Sequence record: PP496436.1
DNA: 64,000 nt
Direction: 5' to 3' (one strand)
In this document: positions 54,457 to 63,851 of the stretch, one piece after another
Numbering within the stretch: position 1 is the stretch's first letter
How the letters are laid out: each line of letters begins with the position of its first letter
Program-made: the position numbers and the translations under genes
The notes under the pieces: generated by a model
What the model saw: the letters and a program-made list of their open reading frames with translations, nothing else
What the model was told of the DNA's origin: nothing
The model's database searches: none

Positions 54457-54951
54457 ATGAAGAACTATCGAGTAGAAAAGACCACGGTGACTGATCTGAT
54501 GCTTTGTGCGTTGGATCAGGGATTCTTAGTCAATGCCTACCACGACAATAAGAAGAGACCCGTGGTAATGGTGGTGCGTATCCATGAGGACAAGATGAAG
54601 CTGGTCAGTCATACGACGGGCAAGAGCTACGTCCACATGCTGGTTCAGTCTCTCGCTGATTCTCACGCACTGTTCCCCAGCGTTCGTGACGTAGATGCAC
54701 CCGTGGCTAAGAAAGACCTTACCCCACTGCTGGTGCAGGCAATGGAACGCGGATTCCGTGTTCACGGTGGCGGGCCAAGGGATAAAGGTGACACCACCTA
54801 TTCAGTGATGATCTCACGGGACACTGACACCGAGATCCTTGTCCTCGCAGCGGCCACTGAGGAAGATCACTGTGACGCACTGGAAAAGGCATTGACACTG
54901 GCGCTGGAACGCTTCGGCCAGGTTGTCCCGATCAGGAAAAATAAAGTTTGA
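54457..54951 (+). CDS. Hypothetical protein
   Basis: 164-aa ORF. Confidence 0.6.
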   Translation: MKNYRVEKTTVTDLMLCALDQGFLVNAYHDNKKRPVVMVVRIHEDKMKLVSHTTGKSYVHMLVQSLADSHALFPSVRDVDAPVAKKDLTPLLVQAMERGFRVHGGGPRDKGDTTYSVMISRDTDTEILVLAAATEEDHCDALEKALTLALERFGQVVPIRKNKV

Positions 54952-54976
54952 CAGCCAAAACTGGCTCTGGTACAAT
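54948..54976 (+). promoter_or_regulatory. Sigma70-type promoter
   Basis: TTGACA-17 nt-TACAAT. Confidence 0.8.
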
Positions 54977-55026
54977 GTATGTGCCGCGCCGTAAAGCGGC
55001 ACACTACCCGAAGTGAAGGAACCGAG

Positions 55027-55929
55027 ATGACCAAAACATTAGCGCTGGCTCCTATGGAGAAAGCAAATCTGATACAGGACGCTGAGTTCGCCGCGACCGC
55101 CATCAAAGAGTTGCTTACCCTGCTGATCGAAACCACTACCGAGTTGAAGAAAGAGCACGAAGACCCAATGTCTGCGGCCAAAGCTCGGTGTGATGAGTTG
55201 CATAAGACGGTGACCAAGATCGTGTCGTCGCACAACGCCAAGAACCCTGAATTCATGTTGGCTATCGAGTCTTCGACCCGAGTGACCAACCATACCGTCT
55301 CAATCATGGACTTGACCAAACGTCGAGGGTTGAGAGTCGGTAAACCCTATCTCCTAAGCTACAAGAAAGAGCTGGCTGACAAGCTGGTTCAACTCGTAGA
55401 CTTTCATCAGTTCTCAAAAGGACTGCCCGTAAAAGGGACGAAAGACGCCTTGTCTGATACCGTGGTAGCACTCGCCGCCGATGCCGACAGCATCGATGCA
55501 AAGGTGAAGGCTAGCTCGGACAACTCCAAGAACCCTGTGTTCATGATGGAGATGAATATCGTCCCGCCGTTCAACTACTTCTACGTACAACCCCGCAAGT
55601 TTCTGCTCCACAAGCTCGCCTTCGACCGCATCGGCAAAGGTGACAACAGCGACTTCATCGTGCTGAAGAAGCAAAAGGTTCTGGTGGTGGACAACGTTGC
55701 CGCCGAGAACTACAAGATGGAACCGCTGGAGCTGGCCGCTACGCTGATCGAAGCCATCAATCTGAAACGCCCCGCTGGCACATCAGAGCTGGCGATGGTG
55801 ATGGAAGAGCATGCGTCACTCAAAGGCAGTTCAGGCTACACGTTCTACTGGGTGGTTCCTCTGCCCACGCTTCACGTGCTGCAACCCATCATCGGCCAAG
55901 GTACCCTCGCTTGGGGCTTGGCAGTCTAA
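55027..55929 (+). CDS. Hypothetical protein
   Basis: Start re-assigned to MTKTLA (AAGGA RBS), downstream of the promoter. Confidence 0.7.
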   Translation: MTKTLALAPMEKANLIQDAEFAATAIKELLTLLIETTTELKKEHEDPMSAAKARCDELHKTVTKIVSSHNAKNPEFMLAIESSTRVTNHTVSIMDLTKRRGLRVGKPYLLSYKKELADKLVQLVDFHQFSKGLPVKGTKDALSDTVVALAADADSIDAKVKASSDNSKNPVFMMEMNIVPPFNYFYVQPRKFLLHKLAFDRIGKGDNSDFIVLKKQKVLVVDNVAAENYKMEPLELAATLIEAINLKRPAGTSELAMVMEEHASLKGSSGYTFYWVVPLPTLHVLQPIIGQGTLAWGLAV

Positions 55930-55959
55930 TCCGTTCACCCACCATAAAGAGTAATTGAA

Positions 55960-56385
55960 ATGGCAAAAGGTAAAACCCCGCTGTATCTGAGCTACATTGA
56001 CACCATCAATGGTCTGCTCAACTCCATCAAGTTCTCCGCAGAACTGCCGGTGCACAAGAAGTCCATCGACCGCTCGGGCCGTAACGTCGAGTGGTTGCGC
56101 AAGGGGATCAAGCGGGGTAAGCTGACCATCCCCGGCACCGACTATGGCAACGAGTTCTGGAAGTTGGCCCAATTGCTGGAGGTGGAAGCACCAAGCGTTG
56201 AATTGTCTAGTAAGGTAGATATGATTAATGTCAAGCCCGGCGAGACGGTTACCCTAAACGTTCAAGGTAGTACTCCTGCTCATAAGCGTCAGATCAGCAA
56301 GAACCGTCACTTCGCCGAGAACTACGGCACCAACGCAGACGTGACGGCCAGCACCAAGACCCTCGACAAGTATGAAACCCGCTAA
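55960..56385 (+). CDS. Hypothetical protein
   Basis: 141-aa basic ORF. Confidence 0.65.
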   Translation: MAKGKTPLYLSYIDTINGLLNSIKFSAELPVHKKSIDRSGRNVEWLRKGIKRGKLTIPGTDYGNEFWKLAQLLEVEAPSVELSSKVDMINVKPGETVTLNVQGSTPAHKRQISKNRHFAENYGTNADVTASTKTLDKYETR

Positions 56386-56863
56386 TCTCAAAGCTCTAGG
56401 GATCGACACCAGACCCGGAGCGATGAACATTCCTGATGGAAGGTGCTGGGTGTGCCCGGCGGTAGCTGGGCTGGAAGACCATCACATCATTCCGCGACAC
56501 TGTGGGGGTGAAGGTGGGCCACAAGTCAGACTGTGCGGCGTGTGCCATACGTCGATCCACAATCTGGCCAACAACAAGAAAGTGCTGGCGCAAGAGATTG
56601 AACCGCTGGAGATCCATGAGTACAACAAGGCTTGGTCCGACGCACTGATGCTGCGCAAAGGTCATGCACTGGCGTATGTCATCGCGAAGTCCAACAAGGT
56701 GACGAAGGGGGACGCCAACAGGAAGGTTAAGTTCGCCACCACGTTTGACGGACTCACCAGCAGGCAGTTGAAGCAACTCAAGAAGAGCATGGGCTGCACA
56801 AGCCTTGACCAAACAATAGTGACGTTGATAAAACAGGCCCACGGGCGACTGTTTAGGGGATAG
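56372..56863 (+). CDS. HNH endonuclease-like protein with a possible C-terminal ribbon-helix-helix
   Basis: CWVC..EDHHIIPRHCGG..VRLCGVCHTSIH; C-terminal VKFATTFD..QLKQLKKSMG..SLDQTIVTLI. Confidence 0.75.
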   Translation: MKPANLKALGIDTRPGAMNIPDGRCWVCPAVAGLEDHHIIPRHCGGEGGPQVRLCGVCHTSIHNLANNKKVLAQEIEPLEIHEYNKAWSDALMLRKGHALAYVIAKSNKVTKGDANRKVKFATTFDGLTSRQLKQLKKSMGCTSLDQTIVTLIKQAHGRLFRG

Positions 56864-56865
56864 AG

Positions 56866-57789
56866 ATGACCAAAAGTACTTCAGCTAACCAGAAGCAATT
56901 GAAAGACGTAGTTAGCTCACCGAAGCCATTCAATACAAAGCTAGAGCTGTATGTAGAAGATCATTTGTATTTCGATACGAAGAAGCCGTCGATCAAGGCG
57001 TCTTTCTCCGAGCTGGGGTTACAGCCGTTCGCCAAGGCACCGTCCAAAGGGTTCATCCCTAATCTGTCCAAGCTGGCCCGCTCCACCAACGGACCCGAAC
57101 TGTTCCAGCATCTGGGCTCCCTCACCCAGAACCTAGATGCCAGCCAACTACGGCTGCTGTCCGTGGTGTTCAACAACATGGCGAAGATGGAAGCCCATGG
57201 CTTGAATTTCGGCCAGAAGGTTTACGTCAACGTCTCAAGCCCGCGCATCGAGTTCGTCGAGTGCTACGTCGAGGCCATCGTGATCGGCGTCGAGTCGGAA
57301 CATCCAGAGTCCCCGGTGTTCCTGAGCGTAGCCTTCGAGAAGATGGCGGCAGATGCTCCGATGTGTTGGTCAATGCCCACCAGCTCTTTCCTGACCGAAC
57401 GCCAGTTCCGGCTGCTGCGTAAGAGGCTGCGTGCGGAAGGCAAGACCAGTGTACCGGACAAGATTCGCAAGGAACACTTGTGCTGGGAACGCGAGAACTT
57501 CGGTAAGCCGTCGAACCGGTTGTCCGTTGACGAGACTGTTCAAACCATCGACACCGTCTCGGAGGACTGGCTCAACAGCAACGTCCTCTCCCTGCTTGAT
57601 CCGTATGTGGATCCGACAGCACTGGAAGAGACCGAAGTGGCCGATGTCGAAGTGGTTGAAGAGAAGAAGACGCGAACCCGTGGTCCACGGAATCGTCGTG
57701 CAGAAGATAAGCAGACGCTTAGCCAAACTAAGGTCAAGTCGTCTGGTTCAGTGAAGATGAGCAACAACAGCATCTCCATCGTTCACTGA
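56866..57789 (+). CDS. Hypothetical protein
   Basis: 307-aa ORF. Confidence 0.7.
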   Translation: MTKSTSANQKQLKDVVSSPKPFNTKLELYVEDHLYFDTKKPSIKASFSELGLQPFAKAPSKGFIPNLSKLARSTNGPELFQHLGSLTQNLDASQLRLLSVVFNNMAKMEAHGLNFGQKVYVNVSSPRIEFVECYVEAIVIGVESEHPESPVFLSVAFEKMAADAPMCWSMPTSSFLTERQFRLLRKRLRAEGKTSVPDKIRKEHLCWERENFGKPSNRLSVDETVQTIDTVSEDWLNSNVLSLLDPYVDPTALEETEVADVEVVEEKKTRTRGPRNRRAEDKQTLSQTKVKSSGSVKMSNNSISIVH

Positions 57790-57853
57790 TACCGATCCGC
57801 TGTATACCTTAAGTTGCTTATACCTTCAATACAACGAACCGAGATTCTGATAC

Positions 57854-58933
57854 ATGAAGATTACAAATGTGCATTCCACCCTACTCAATCTTGGAGTTAA
57901 CCGATCACTGCTGGAGCAAGCAGTTCAGGTTACATTGAGTGCGTTGATGCGACTGATCTCAGTTGACGCATACTGTAAGAAGATGAAGAAAGACTTCGGC
58001 ATCGTGATGAACACTCAAGTGTTCAACGACACCTTCGACAACGGCTACTATCTGAAACATGTCAAGCTTTATCTGGCGTGGTGTGTCGGCAAGAAGCTGA
58101 CGGACAGCATCGACATCCGCCGGGCAGGTCGCCAGTTCGAACTAGATGCCAAAGATCGTCAGCTGGTCAACCTGATGAAACCCGCCGACCGCAAGATGGT
58201 ACTGAGCAAGATCAATCCGGAAGTCGAACTGTACGCGTCACCCAAGGTGATGGACATCAAGATTGGTGCCGCCATCGACTCGCTGACAGACCACATCGGC
58301 AAGTTCACCAACAAGAAGTTGACCTTCACCACGAAGGGCACTGGCCGGGACAAGGATGACGTGCACAGTGATCTTCGTATCGCCGCGTTGCGTGCCGCCT
58401 ACAAGACCTACCCGTTCCAGCTGTGTGACTTGCATCTCATCAACTCGATGAAGTCTGCCATCCACAACGTCGGCATCAACCTGATCCAGTCCGCCACGAC
58501 CAAGAGTCGTCAAGTGATGGTCAAGGAAGATGATGAGTTCATCATGCTGCGCGAGAACTTCGACTTCTACGGCAGCCATAACGACGTGGCGTCGGTCGTG
58601 AGCAGTTGCGGGCTGGACGGGGGCGCCGCTATGGGCTCAGGCGGGTGTTCCACCACTGACAGCATTACGTATCAGCAGTTGGTGTCCCAAGTCAAAGGCC
58701 GGGCAGCACAGTTCCTCGTAATGCTGGCCGGTCACTACTCGGAAAGGTTCTCCGCGTACTTGCGACAGATCGGCATCAACAAAGACAATGATGAATGGTC
58801 CCAAGCAGTTCTCACCGGTCGGCGCACGTCCATCCAGCGCTACTGTGAGATCATCGCAGACTATTGCAAAGTCCCCCACGAGATTGCCAACAAACTGCTA
58901 GCAGGTTATCGCCAGCAGATGGCTGTAATGTAA
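57854..58933 (+). CDS. Possible sigma-factor-like transcription protein
   Basis: DKDDVHSDLRIAALRAAYKTY..MKSAIHNVGINLIQ resembles sigma region 2, and the C-terminus is helical and HTH-like. The similarity is weak. Confidence 0.35.
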   Translation: MKITNVHSTLLNLGVNRSLLEQAVQVTLSALMRLISVDAYCKKMKKDFGIVMNTQVFNDTFDNGYYLKHVKLYLAWCVGKKLTDSIDIRRAGRQFELDAKDRQLVNLMKPADRKMVLSKINPEVELYASPKVMDIKIGAAIDSLTDHIGKFTNKKLTFTTKGTGRDKDDVHSDLRIAALRAAYKTYPFQLCDLHLINSMKSAIHNVGINLIQSATTKSRQVMVKEDDEFIMLRENFDFYGSHNDVASVVSSCGLDGGAAMGSGGCSTTDSITYQQLVSQVKGRAAQFLVMLAGHYSERFSAYLRQIGINKDNDEWSQAVLTGRRTSIQRYCEIIADYCKVPHEIANKLLAGYRQQMAVM

Positions 58934-58944
58934 GGAGAGCTGTC

Positions 58945-59160
58945 ATGCCCCGTATCGTATTGCACCCCTCTGCAAGTAGTTGGTTCAACGGTCTGAAGTT
59001 CGCTGAGCGTCTGTATATCAGCGATGGACATACGCTCGATCAGATCGAGCACCACCTTGCCACAGAGAGAAATATCATCCTGCGGGATGCAGAGTACCTA
59101 CGGGGCGTTGATGACTATCTGGGATACGCCCGTGAAAATCTCCGGGCTGTCCATCACTAA
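58945..59160 (+). CDS. Hypothetical protein
   Basis: Start re-assigned to MPRIVL (AAGGAG RBS). Confidence 0.6.
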   Translation: MPRIVLHPSASSWFNGLKFAERLYISDGHTLDQIEHHLATERNIILRDAEYLRGVDDYLGYARENLRAVHH

Positions 59161-59177
59161 TCAAAGAGGAAACGACC

Positions 59178-59315
59178 ATGCGTCGAGCCCAACGTACATC
59201 TCAAGGCTTCAAGAACGGTTCCCACAATCGCAAGATGAAGGACCACCGCAAACAACTCAACCAACCTCAAACCGAAGTACCGAAGGTTTGGGAAGCACTG
59301 GCGGAACTGGCATGA
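59178..59315 (+). CDS. Small basic protein (45 aa), not in the ORF track
   Basis: MRRAQRTSQGFKNGSHNRKMKDHRKQ...EALAELA*, with GAGGA RBS and an ATGA overlap with the next gene. Confidence 0.6.
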   Translation: MRRAQRTSQGFKNGSHNRKMKDHRKQLNQPQTEVPKVWEALAELA

Positions 59316-60001
59316 AAGACTACACACTGATCGTAATCTCCGGCACGCATCGCACCGGCAAGACCACCATGATGCAGGAGTTCGTCAAACAGAACCCTGA
59401 GTTCCAGATACTGCCGTTCACTGTGACCAAAGTCTGGCACGACGTGTTTGGCGACCGCCCGTACACCATGGATCTTCACCCAGCAGACCGAGTGTTGTTC
59501 CAGTACGGGGTGCTCAATGCGTGGCATAAGTGTGTAGCAGAACATGTCTTACGCAATGGCAAGTGGGTTGTTGACCGAGGCCCCCTCGACTTCGCCACGT
59601 ATATGCGCCTTGGACTGATCGACTGCATGGATCACGAAGTAAACCTGCAAGCAGAGCATTTCGTGCTCAACTGCATCCAGGCCACGGCGGGGCTTGTCAG
59701 TTACGAAATCTTGGTCAGTCCTGTGCTGCACCGGATCAACGGGGATATGGTAGAGGATGACGTCACGAAGCTCACCGGCAAGGTGGGGTTGATGAACCAG
59801 ACGGTGTTCCATTCCATCCTGCGCGACGTGGCCCAAGACACCATCCGGTCCAGCATCTGCAGCGGGTACTCGGTCGGGCAACTGATCAATCTGCAGGAGT
59901 TGCCTACCGAGATCATTCATCTTGGGGATCGTGTCAATTGGCTGCGGGAGGTGATCGATGCCAAACAAAAAGGAAAGGCCCGCCTACAGCCAACCCGCTA
60001 A
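59312..60001 (+). CDS. P-loop (d)NMP kinase-like protein
   Basis: IVISGTHRTGKTT, VVDRGPLDFATY. Start re-assigned to MKDYTL. Confidence 0.75.
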   Translation: MKDYTLIVISGTHRTGKTTMMQEFVKQNPEFQILPFTVTKVWHDVFGDRPYTMDLHPADRVLFQYGVLNAWHKCVAEHVLRNGKWVVDRGPLDFATYMRLGLIDCMDHEVNLQAEHFVLNCIQATAGLVSYEILVSPVLHRINGDMVEDDVTKLTGKVGLMNQTVFHSILRDVAQDTIRSSICSGYSVGQLINLQELPTEIIHLGDRVNWLREVIDAKQKGKARLQPTR

Positions 60002-61490
60002 GGCGTTCTCCGTCGGCGTACGGTTACTGGGGCGCCTGTGGTGGGAGCCTGCCAGCGGCAAGCATCGGCGGTTCGCCACAGTCAATCTGCCCCACGCCGC
60101 GCTCACGCTGTACATGGCAGATAGTGCGGGTGGTACGCAACTGAGTGTGACCACTCGTCTGAGCCGCCGCACATCCAAGAAAGATAAGAAGCCCAAGTCC
60201 GCATACATAAATCTTGGCCATTATCTAGACTACCAACATGCCAGCAAGGCAGCGCTCGGGAAGCTCAAAGAGTTTCTCGACAATAATCCGGAGCACTGTG
60301 TCATGCCTGAAGTCAACACCGCAACAAAGCTGGACATCACGCTGGATCAGATGAAGTCGTTACTCGACGCTGCCGGGGTTAAAGAACATACTGCTGACAC
60401 CCTGTGCCGCGTGTTCATGCCGGTCCCAATCAAAGGTGATCCTACCGATGGTCAGTCCAAACTCTCCATTGCGCTGGCAAAGCTGACCGACGACATCGAC
60501 GCGATCTCCGGGATGTTCGACGCGGCAGAAGGTTTTACCGCCATGGACTTCTGTCAGGCGGACGTGGCCTTCCAGAAGTTAATGCGACTGATCAACATCA
60601 AACCCCATGACCTGGACTCGGGTGGCGAAGAGATCAGCAAGTCGATCAATCGTTTGGTCACCAGCATGTGGCGGTTCAAGATTGATCCGGCACCCTATCT
60701 GCTGGAACTGGGTTTGGACCCAGATCAGTCCACTGTGCTTGCCATGGAGAAGAAGCTGGTGGAAGTGTACGATGTTGAACCTGAGTTCATGCAGATGATG
60801 GAGTCCCAGTTGTCTAAGGCAGACATAGTTCGGGCTAACCAGCTTCGGTGGGGTTCAACAGACCTGAAACGTTACTTGCGAGACAACGGGTTACATATCC
60901 GTATGATCTTTAGCGACCCCGACAAAACCCCCTACGTAAAACGGTCCGTGTTCGTGTGCGATCTTGATGTCGTCAGCGTGGACGCGTTGGTAGATTCAGG
61001 TATTCTTTCGGCTAGTACCACTGAGCCTGATCTCATGTACCGAGCTTTCAACAGTCAGACGTGGAACCGTAAGCAAGCTCGTTACCTAGTAATCCAGAAA
61101 GAGACGTGGGATTTCCTTGATGCCAAAGGGTTAGAGTCCTTGGAAATTGAGGTAGCAGGATTACAACCGCATGTACTGGAAGGGTATGTTACACCGGAAA
61201 ATGGAGAGTGGCCGGAAGATGTTGCCAACTATTTGGTAGACCTGGGATTCCGGAAACACGGGCATGCAGGTAGTGAATGTTACGTCATGCGACAACCATC
61301 TGGGATTAGCAAGAACGATTTCATTCGTAATCTGATCGACGCCCGTATACTTCGGGTCGACGGTACAGGGCACTATGCCAAAGTACGAGCCTTCACCGAC
61401 GGTTTCAAGTCGAAGATTTACAAGTCCGACATCGATGAGTATCTGATCCTCCACGTTGACAACTGGCAGACGTCGTCCACGGCGCGCTGA
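59958..61490 (+). CDS. Hypothetical protein
   Basis: 510-aa ORF followed by a terminator. Confidence 0.7.
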   Translation: MPNKKERPAYSQPAKAFSVGVRLLGRLWWEPASGKHRRFATVNLPHAALTLYMADSAGGTQLSVTTRLSRRTSKKDKKPKSAYINLGHYLDYQHASKAALGKLKEFLDNNPEHCVMPEVNTATKLDITLDQMKSLLDAAGVKEHTADTLCRVFMPVPIKGDPTDGQSKLSIALAKLTDDIDAISGMFDAAEGFTAMDFCQADVAFQKLMRLINIKPHDLDSGGEEISKSINRLVTSMWRFKIDPAPYLLELGLDPDQSTVLAMEKKLVEVYDVEPEFMQMMESQLSKADIVRANQLRWGSTDLKRYLRDNGLHIRMIFSDPDKTPYVKRSVFVCDLDVVSVDALVDSGILSASTTEPDLMYRAFNSQTWNRKQARYLVIQKETWDFLDAKGLESLEIEVAGLQPHVLEGYVTPENGEWPEDVANYLVDLGFRKHGHAGSECYVMRQPSGISKNDFIRNLIDARILRVDGTGHYAKVRAFTDGFKSKIYKSDIDEYLILHVDNWQTSSTAR

Positions 61491-61503
61491 CCGAGTGACC
61501 AAG

Positions 61504-61534
61504 AGCCCTGTGCCAGTACGGACGGGGCTTTTTT
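61504..61534 (+). terminator. Intrinsic terminator
   Basis: AGCCCTGT...ACGGGGCTTTTTT. Confidence 0.8.
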
Positions 61535-61551
61535 GCATCTGAAAATAAATG

Positions 61552-61581
61552 TTGCACGCCGTAATGCCCATGTGCTATACT
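61552..61581 (+). promoter_or_regulatory. Sigma70-type promoter (extended -10)
   Basis: TTGCAC-18 nt-TATACT, with TG at the extended -10 position. Confidence 0.6.
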
Positions 61582-61626
61582 GGAATCACGGGAACTCCCC
61601 GCCACTATCCCACTGAGGAAAACGCC

Positions 61627-61890
61627 ATGACTACTACCCAGATGAAAGCCCCAGCCCGCCCGGTCCAGTATCAGGTCGCTGTCGCCATTTTCATTACGTG
61701 CACCGCAATCTCCGTCGTGATCGGTTTGCACCACTTGTTCTGGATGATGGTGTTCGGCTTCACCCCGGCAGGTGTGGTTGACTTTTCTTCACCGATCATC
61801 TTCGGCCATGCCAACGTCACCGCCCCACTCCTGATCGTCACGGCTCTGGTTGCCGTGTTCACTTGGCAGCTCGTTGACGTGGAGGCTTGA
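61627..61890 (+). CDS. Small membrane protein
   Basis: Start at MTTTQMK (GAGGA RBS). Two hydrophobic segments. Confidence 0.65.
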   Translation: MTTTQMKAPARPVQYQVAVAIFITCTAISVVIGLHHLFWMMVFGFTPAGVVDFSSPIIFGHANVTAPLLIVTALVAVFTWQLVDVEA

Positions 61891-61892
61891 TC

Positions 61893-62234
61893 ATGGGCCA
61901 TCGTAGCAAGTTCCCATCGCTGGACAAGCAGGCACGTGAACTGGAAGCCATGCGCAAGTATCTGGGCTTGGGTACATCGGTCGTCACCCCGCTGGTAGAA
62001 CAGAATCTGGTTCCGGTCACCACCGTCAAGCGGGCAGGTTGGAACGTGAGCATGTGGATCATGCCGAAAGATGGATACGTCCCAGAGTTTCTTGAGGTGT
62101 TCATTACCCTCATGGACAGACAGCTCGCTTGGGACTCGGCGATTCAGTCGATCCCTAAGACCCACAAGCTGCACTTCGTCGTTGACTGCATCTACGTTTA
62201 CGAAGTCAGAGAATGGCACCCGGAGAACAACTGA
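61893..62234 (+). CDS. Hypothetical protein
   Basis: GGAGG RBS, start MGHRSK. Confidence 0.65.
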   Translation: MGHRSKFPSLDKQARELEAMRKYLGLGTSVVTPLVEQNLVPVTTVKRAGWNVSMWIMPKDGYVPEFLEVFITLMDRQLAWDSAIQSIPKTHKLHFVVDCIYVYEVREWHPENN

Positions 62235-62491
62235 TGAATGCCCAAGAAAGAGCTGCACCTAAGTTCGTGATCAAGAAAGACGGCAAGTATCACGCCGGTT
62301 CTTCTTACGCCACGGGGTACGGGTATCGCAACAGCTGGAGCAAGACGATCGAGGGTGCACGAATCTTCGTCCCGGCGAACTCCCGTGTTAACAGTGACGC
62401 AGGTGCGCTTGAGAACATCGCCGCCCGGCTGAAAGGCAAGATCATTCAAGTTACCCTCAATGCAGCTAACCGATACGTAGAGGTCCTCTAA
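62234..62491 (+). CDS. Hypothetical protein
   Basis: TGATG coupling, start MNAQER. Confidence 0.6.
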   Translation: MNAQERAAPKFVIKKDGKYHAGSSYATGYGYRNSWSKTIEGARIFVPANSRVNSDAGALENIAARLKGKIIQVTLNAANRYVEVL

Positions 62492-62492
62492 C

Positions 62493-62921
62493 ATGCAACT
62501 GACCAATCAGCAACTGACTGCCCGTGAAAAAGATTACTGTGTGAACCGCTTGAAAGGTTACCGTAACGAGATCAAGACGCTGCGCAACTGGGAGCATCGG
62601 GATAAGGTGAAGCGGCCGCATCGTGTCCCTAGTCTTCGTGCACAGCGCGTCAATGACATCCGCCGGGCGGTGTTCTACCGAGGCATCCTGCGCGGCACCG
62701 TTGAACTGCCGCTTGCCAATCTGGGCCACAACCGATTCATCACGCCCGCCGTGCCACTCGGCTACACCATCACCCAGACCAGAGACGGAGTGTGGGGTTG
62801 GGAGTCAGCCACCTCCCCCGAGTCGCATCGCAAGTCAGGCTTCGACATGTATCTAGTGGCGCTGATGGATTGCGTCCGGGCACAAGGCCCGACGTACGCT
62901 GCTGCCGCTGTATCGTACTAA
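62493..62921 (+). CDS. Hypothetical protein
   Basis: 142 aa followed by a terminator. Confidence 0.65.
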   Translation: MQLTNQQLTAREKDYCVNRLKGYRNEIKTLRNWEHRDKVKRPHRVPSLRAQRVNDIRRAVFYRGILRGTVELPLANLGHNRFITPAVPLGYTITQTRDGVWGWESATSPESHRKSGFDMYLVALMDCVRAQGPTYAAAAVSY

Positions 62922-62926
62922 CAGAC

Positions 62927-62957
62927 AGCCCATGTGGTTTCGGCCCATGGGCTTTTT
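62927..62957 (+). terminator. Intrinsic terminator
   Basis: AGCCCATG...CATGGGCTTTTT. Confidence 0.8.
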
Positions 62958-62999
62958 CCTCTTTGTAAATAGTCCGCACAACTCAACGAGGTACCTGCT

Positions 63000-63491
63000 A
63001 TGAAATTTCCAACGACTAACGATGTAGTCGAGATGATGACCAACTCTGAATGGTATGTGATGACTATCGGATGGGTACTCGTATTCTGGATGTGTTGGAT
63101 GGTCTCGTGGATCCTCTGGAACGTTATGCTCCGTTTCATCAAGTGTTATGCCAGAGGGTTCAGCTTTGGACTGATGACTACCTACGTGGCCCTACGCTCT
63201 GGGGCACCCGTCCAGTACGTCCTGTTCTACCTCTTAGTTGAGACGATCTTCCTTTCACCCTTCCATTTTATCCGAGAGGAAATGTTCGCCAGCACCCATT
63301 ACTCCAGTATGACTCTGGCCAACGGCGGCACATGGTCCGGTACCTTCCAGTGGTACATCCGTAAGGGGATCACCCGCAACAGCTGGAATGAGTGGGAAGC
63401 AGAGCGGCTGGTTAAGAAAGCCAAGCAAGCAGAAATAGATCGCCGCAACCGCGAAGACTATCTGCGTGACCCTGACAACTTCGACGTGTGA
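63000..63491 (+). CDS. Membrane protein
   Basis: Hydrophobic Trp-rich N-terminal segments. GAGG RBS, with GTAAAT at 62965. Confidence 0.65.
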   Translation: MKFPTTNDVVEMMTNSEWYVMTIGWVLVFWMCWMVSWILWNVMLRFIKCYARGFSFGLMTTYVALRSGAPVQYVLFYLLVETIFLSPFHFIREEMFASTHYSSMTLANGGTWSGTFQWYIRKGITRNSWNEWEAERLVKKAKQAEIDRRNREDYLRDPDNFDV

Positions 63492-63500
63492 GACTGATCC

Positions 63501-63851
63501 ATGGATATCTCTTACCGCACTATCAGCTTCTCCACCCGCTTCCCCGACAGCGGCGGACCGATCAAGTTCTACTTCCTTGTGGTCGGCAAGGTGACCCGTG
63601 CCGACTTCACCGTGAGGTTCACGTACGAGTGCAAGCGTAATCGTGTGCGCCCAACTCTGAAGTTCCATGACAGCGTGTTCCTCGACATTCAAGGGCAAGG
63701 ATTCCCTACGGGAGTCGGACTAGACGATACTGAGGAACGGCGACTCCAGAACATGTTCACGGAGCTGGCGCGTGAGATCAAGCTGCAAGTCACCCAGCGA
63801 CTCAAGCAAGAGCTGCTGGAACACGTCAACGCTATCGAGATCCCTATGTGA
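63501..63851 (+). CDS. Hypothetical protein
   Basis: 116-aa ORF. Confidence 0.6.
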   Translation: MDISYRTISFSTRFPDSGGPIKFYFLVVGKVTRADFTVRFTYECKRNRVRPTLKFHDSVFLDIQGQGFPTGVGLDDTEERRLQNMFTELAREIKLQVTQRLKQELLEHVNAIEIPM

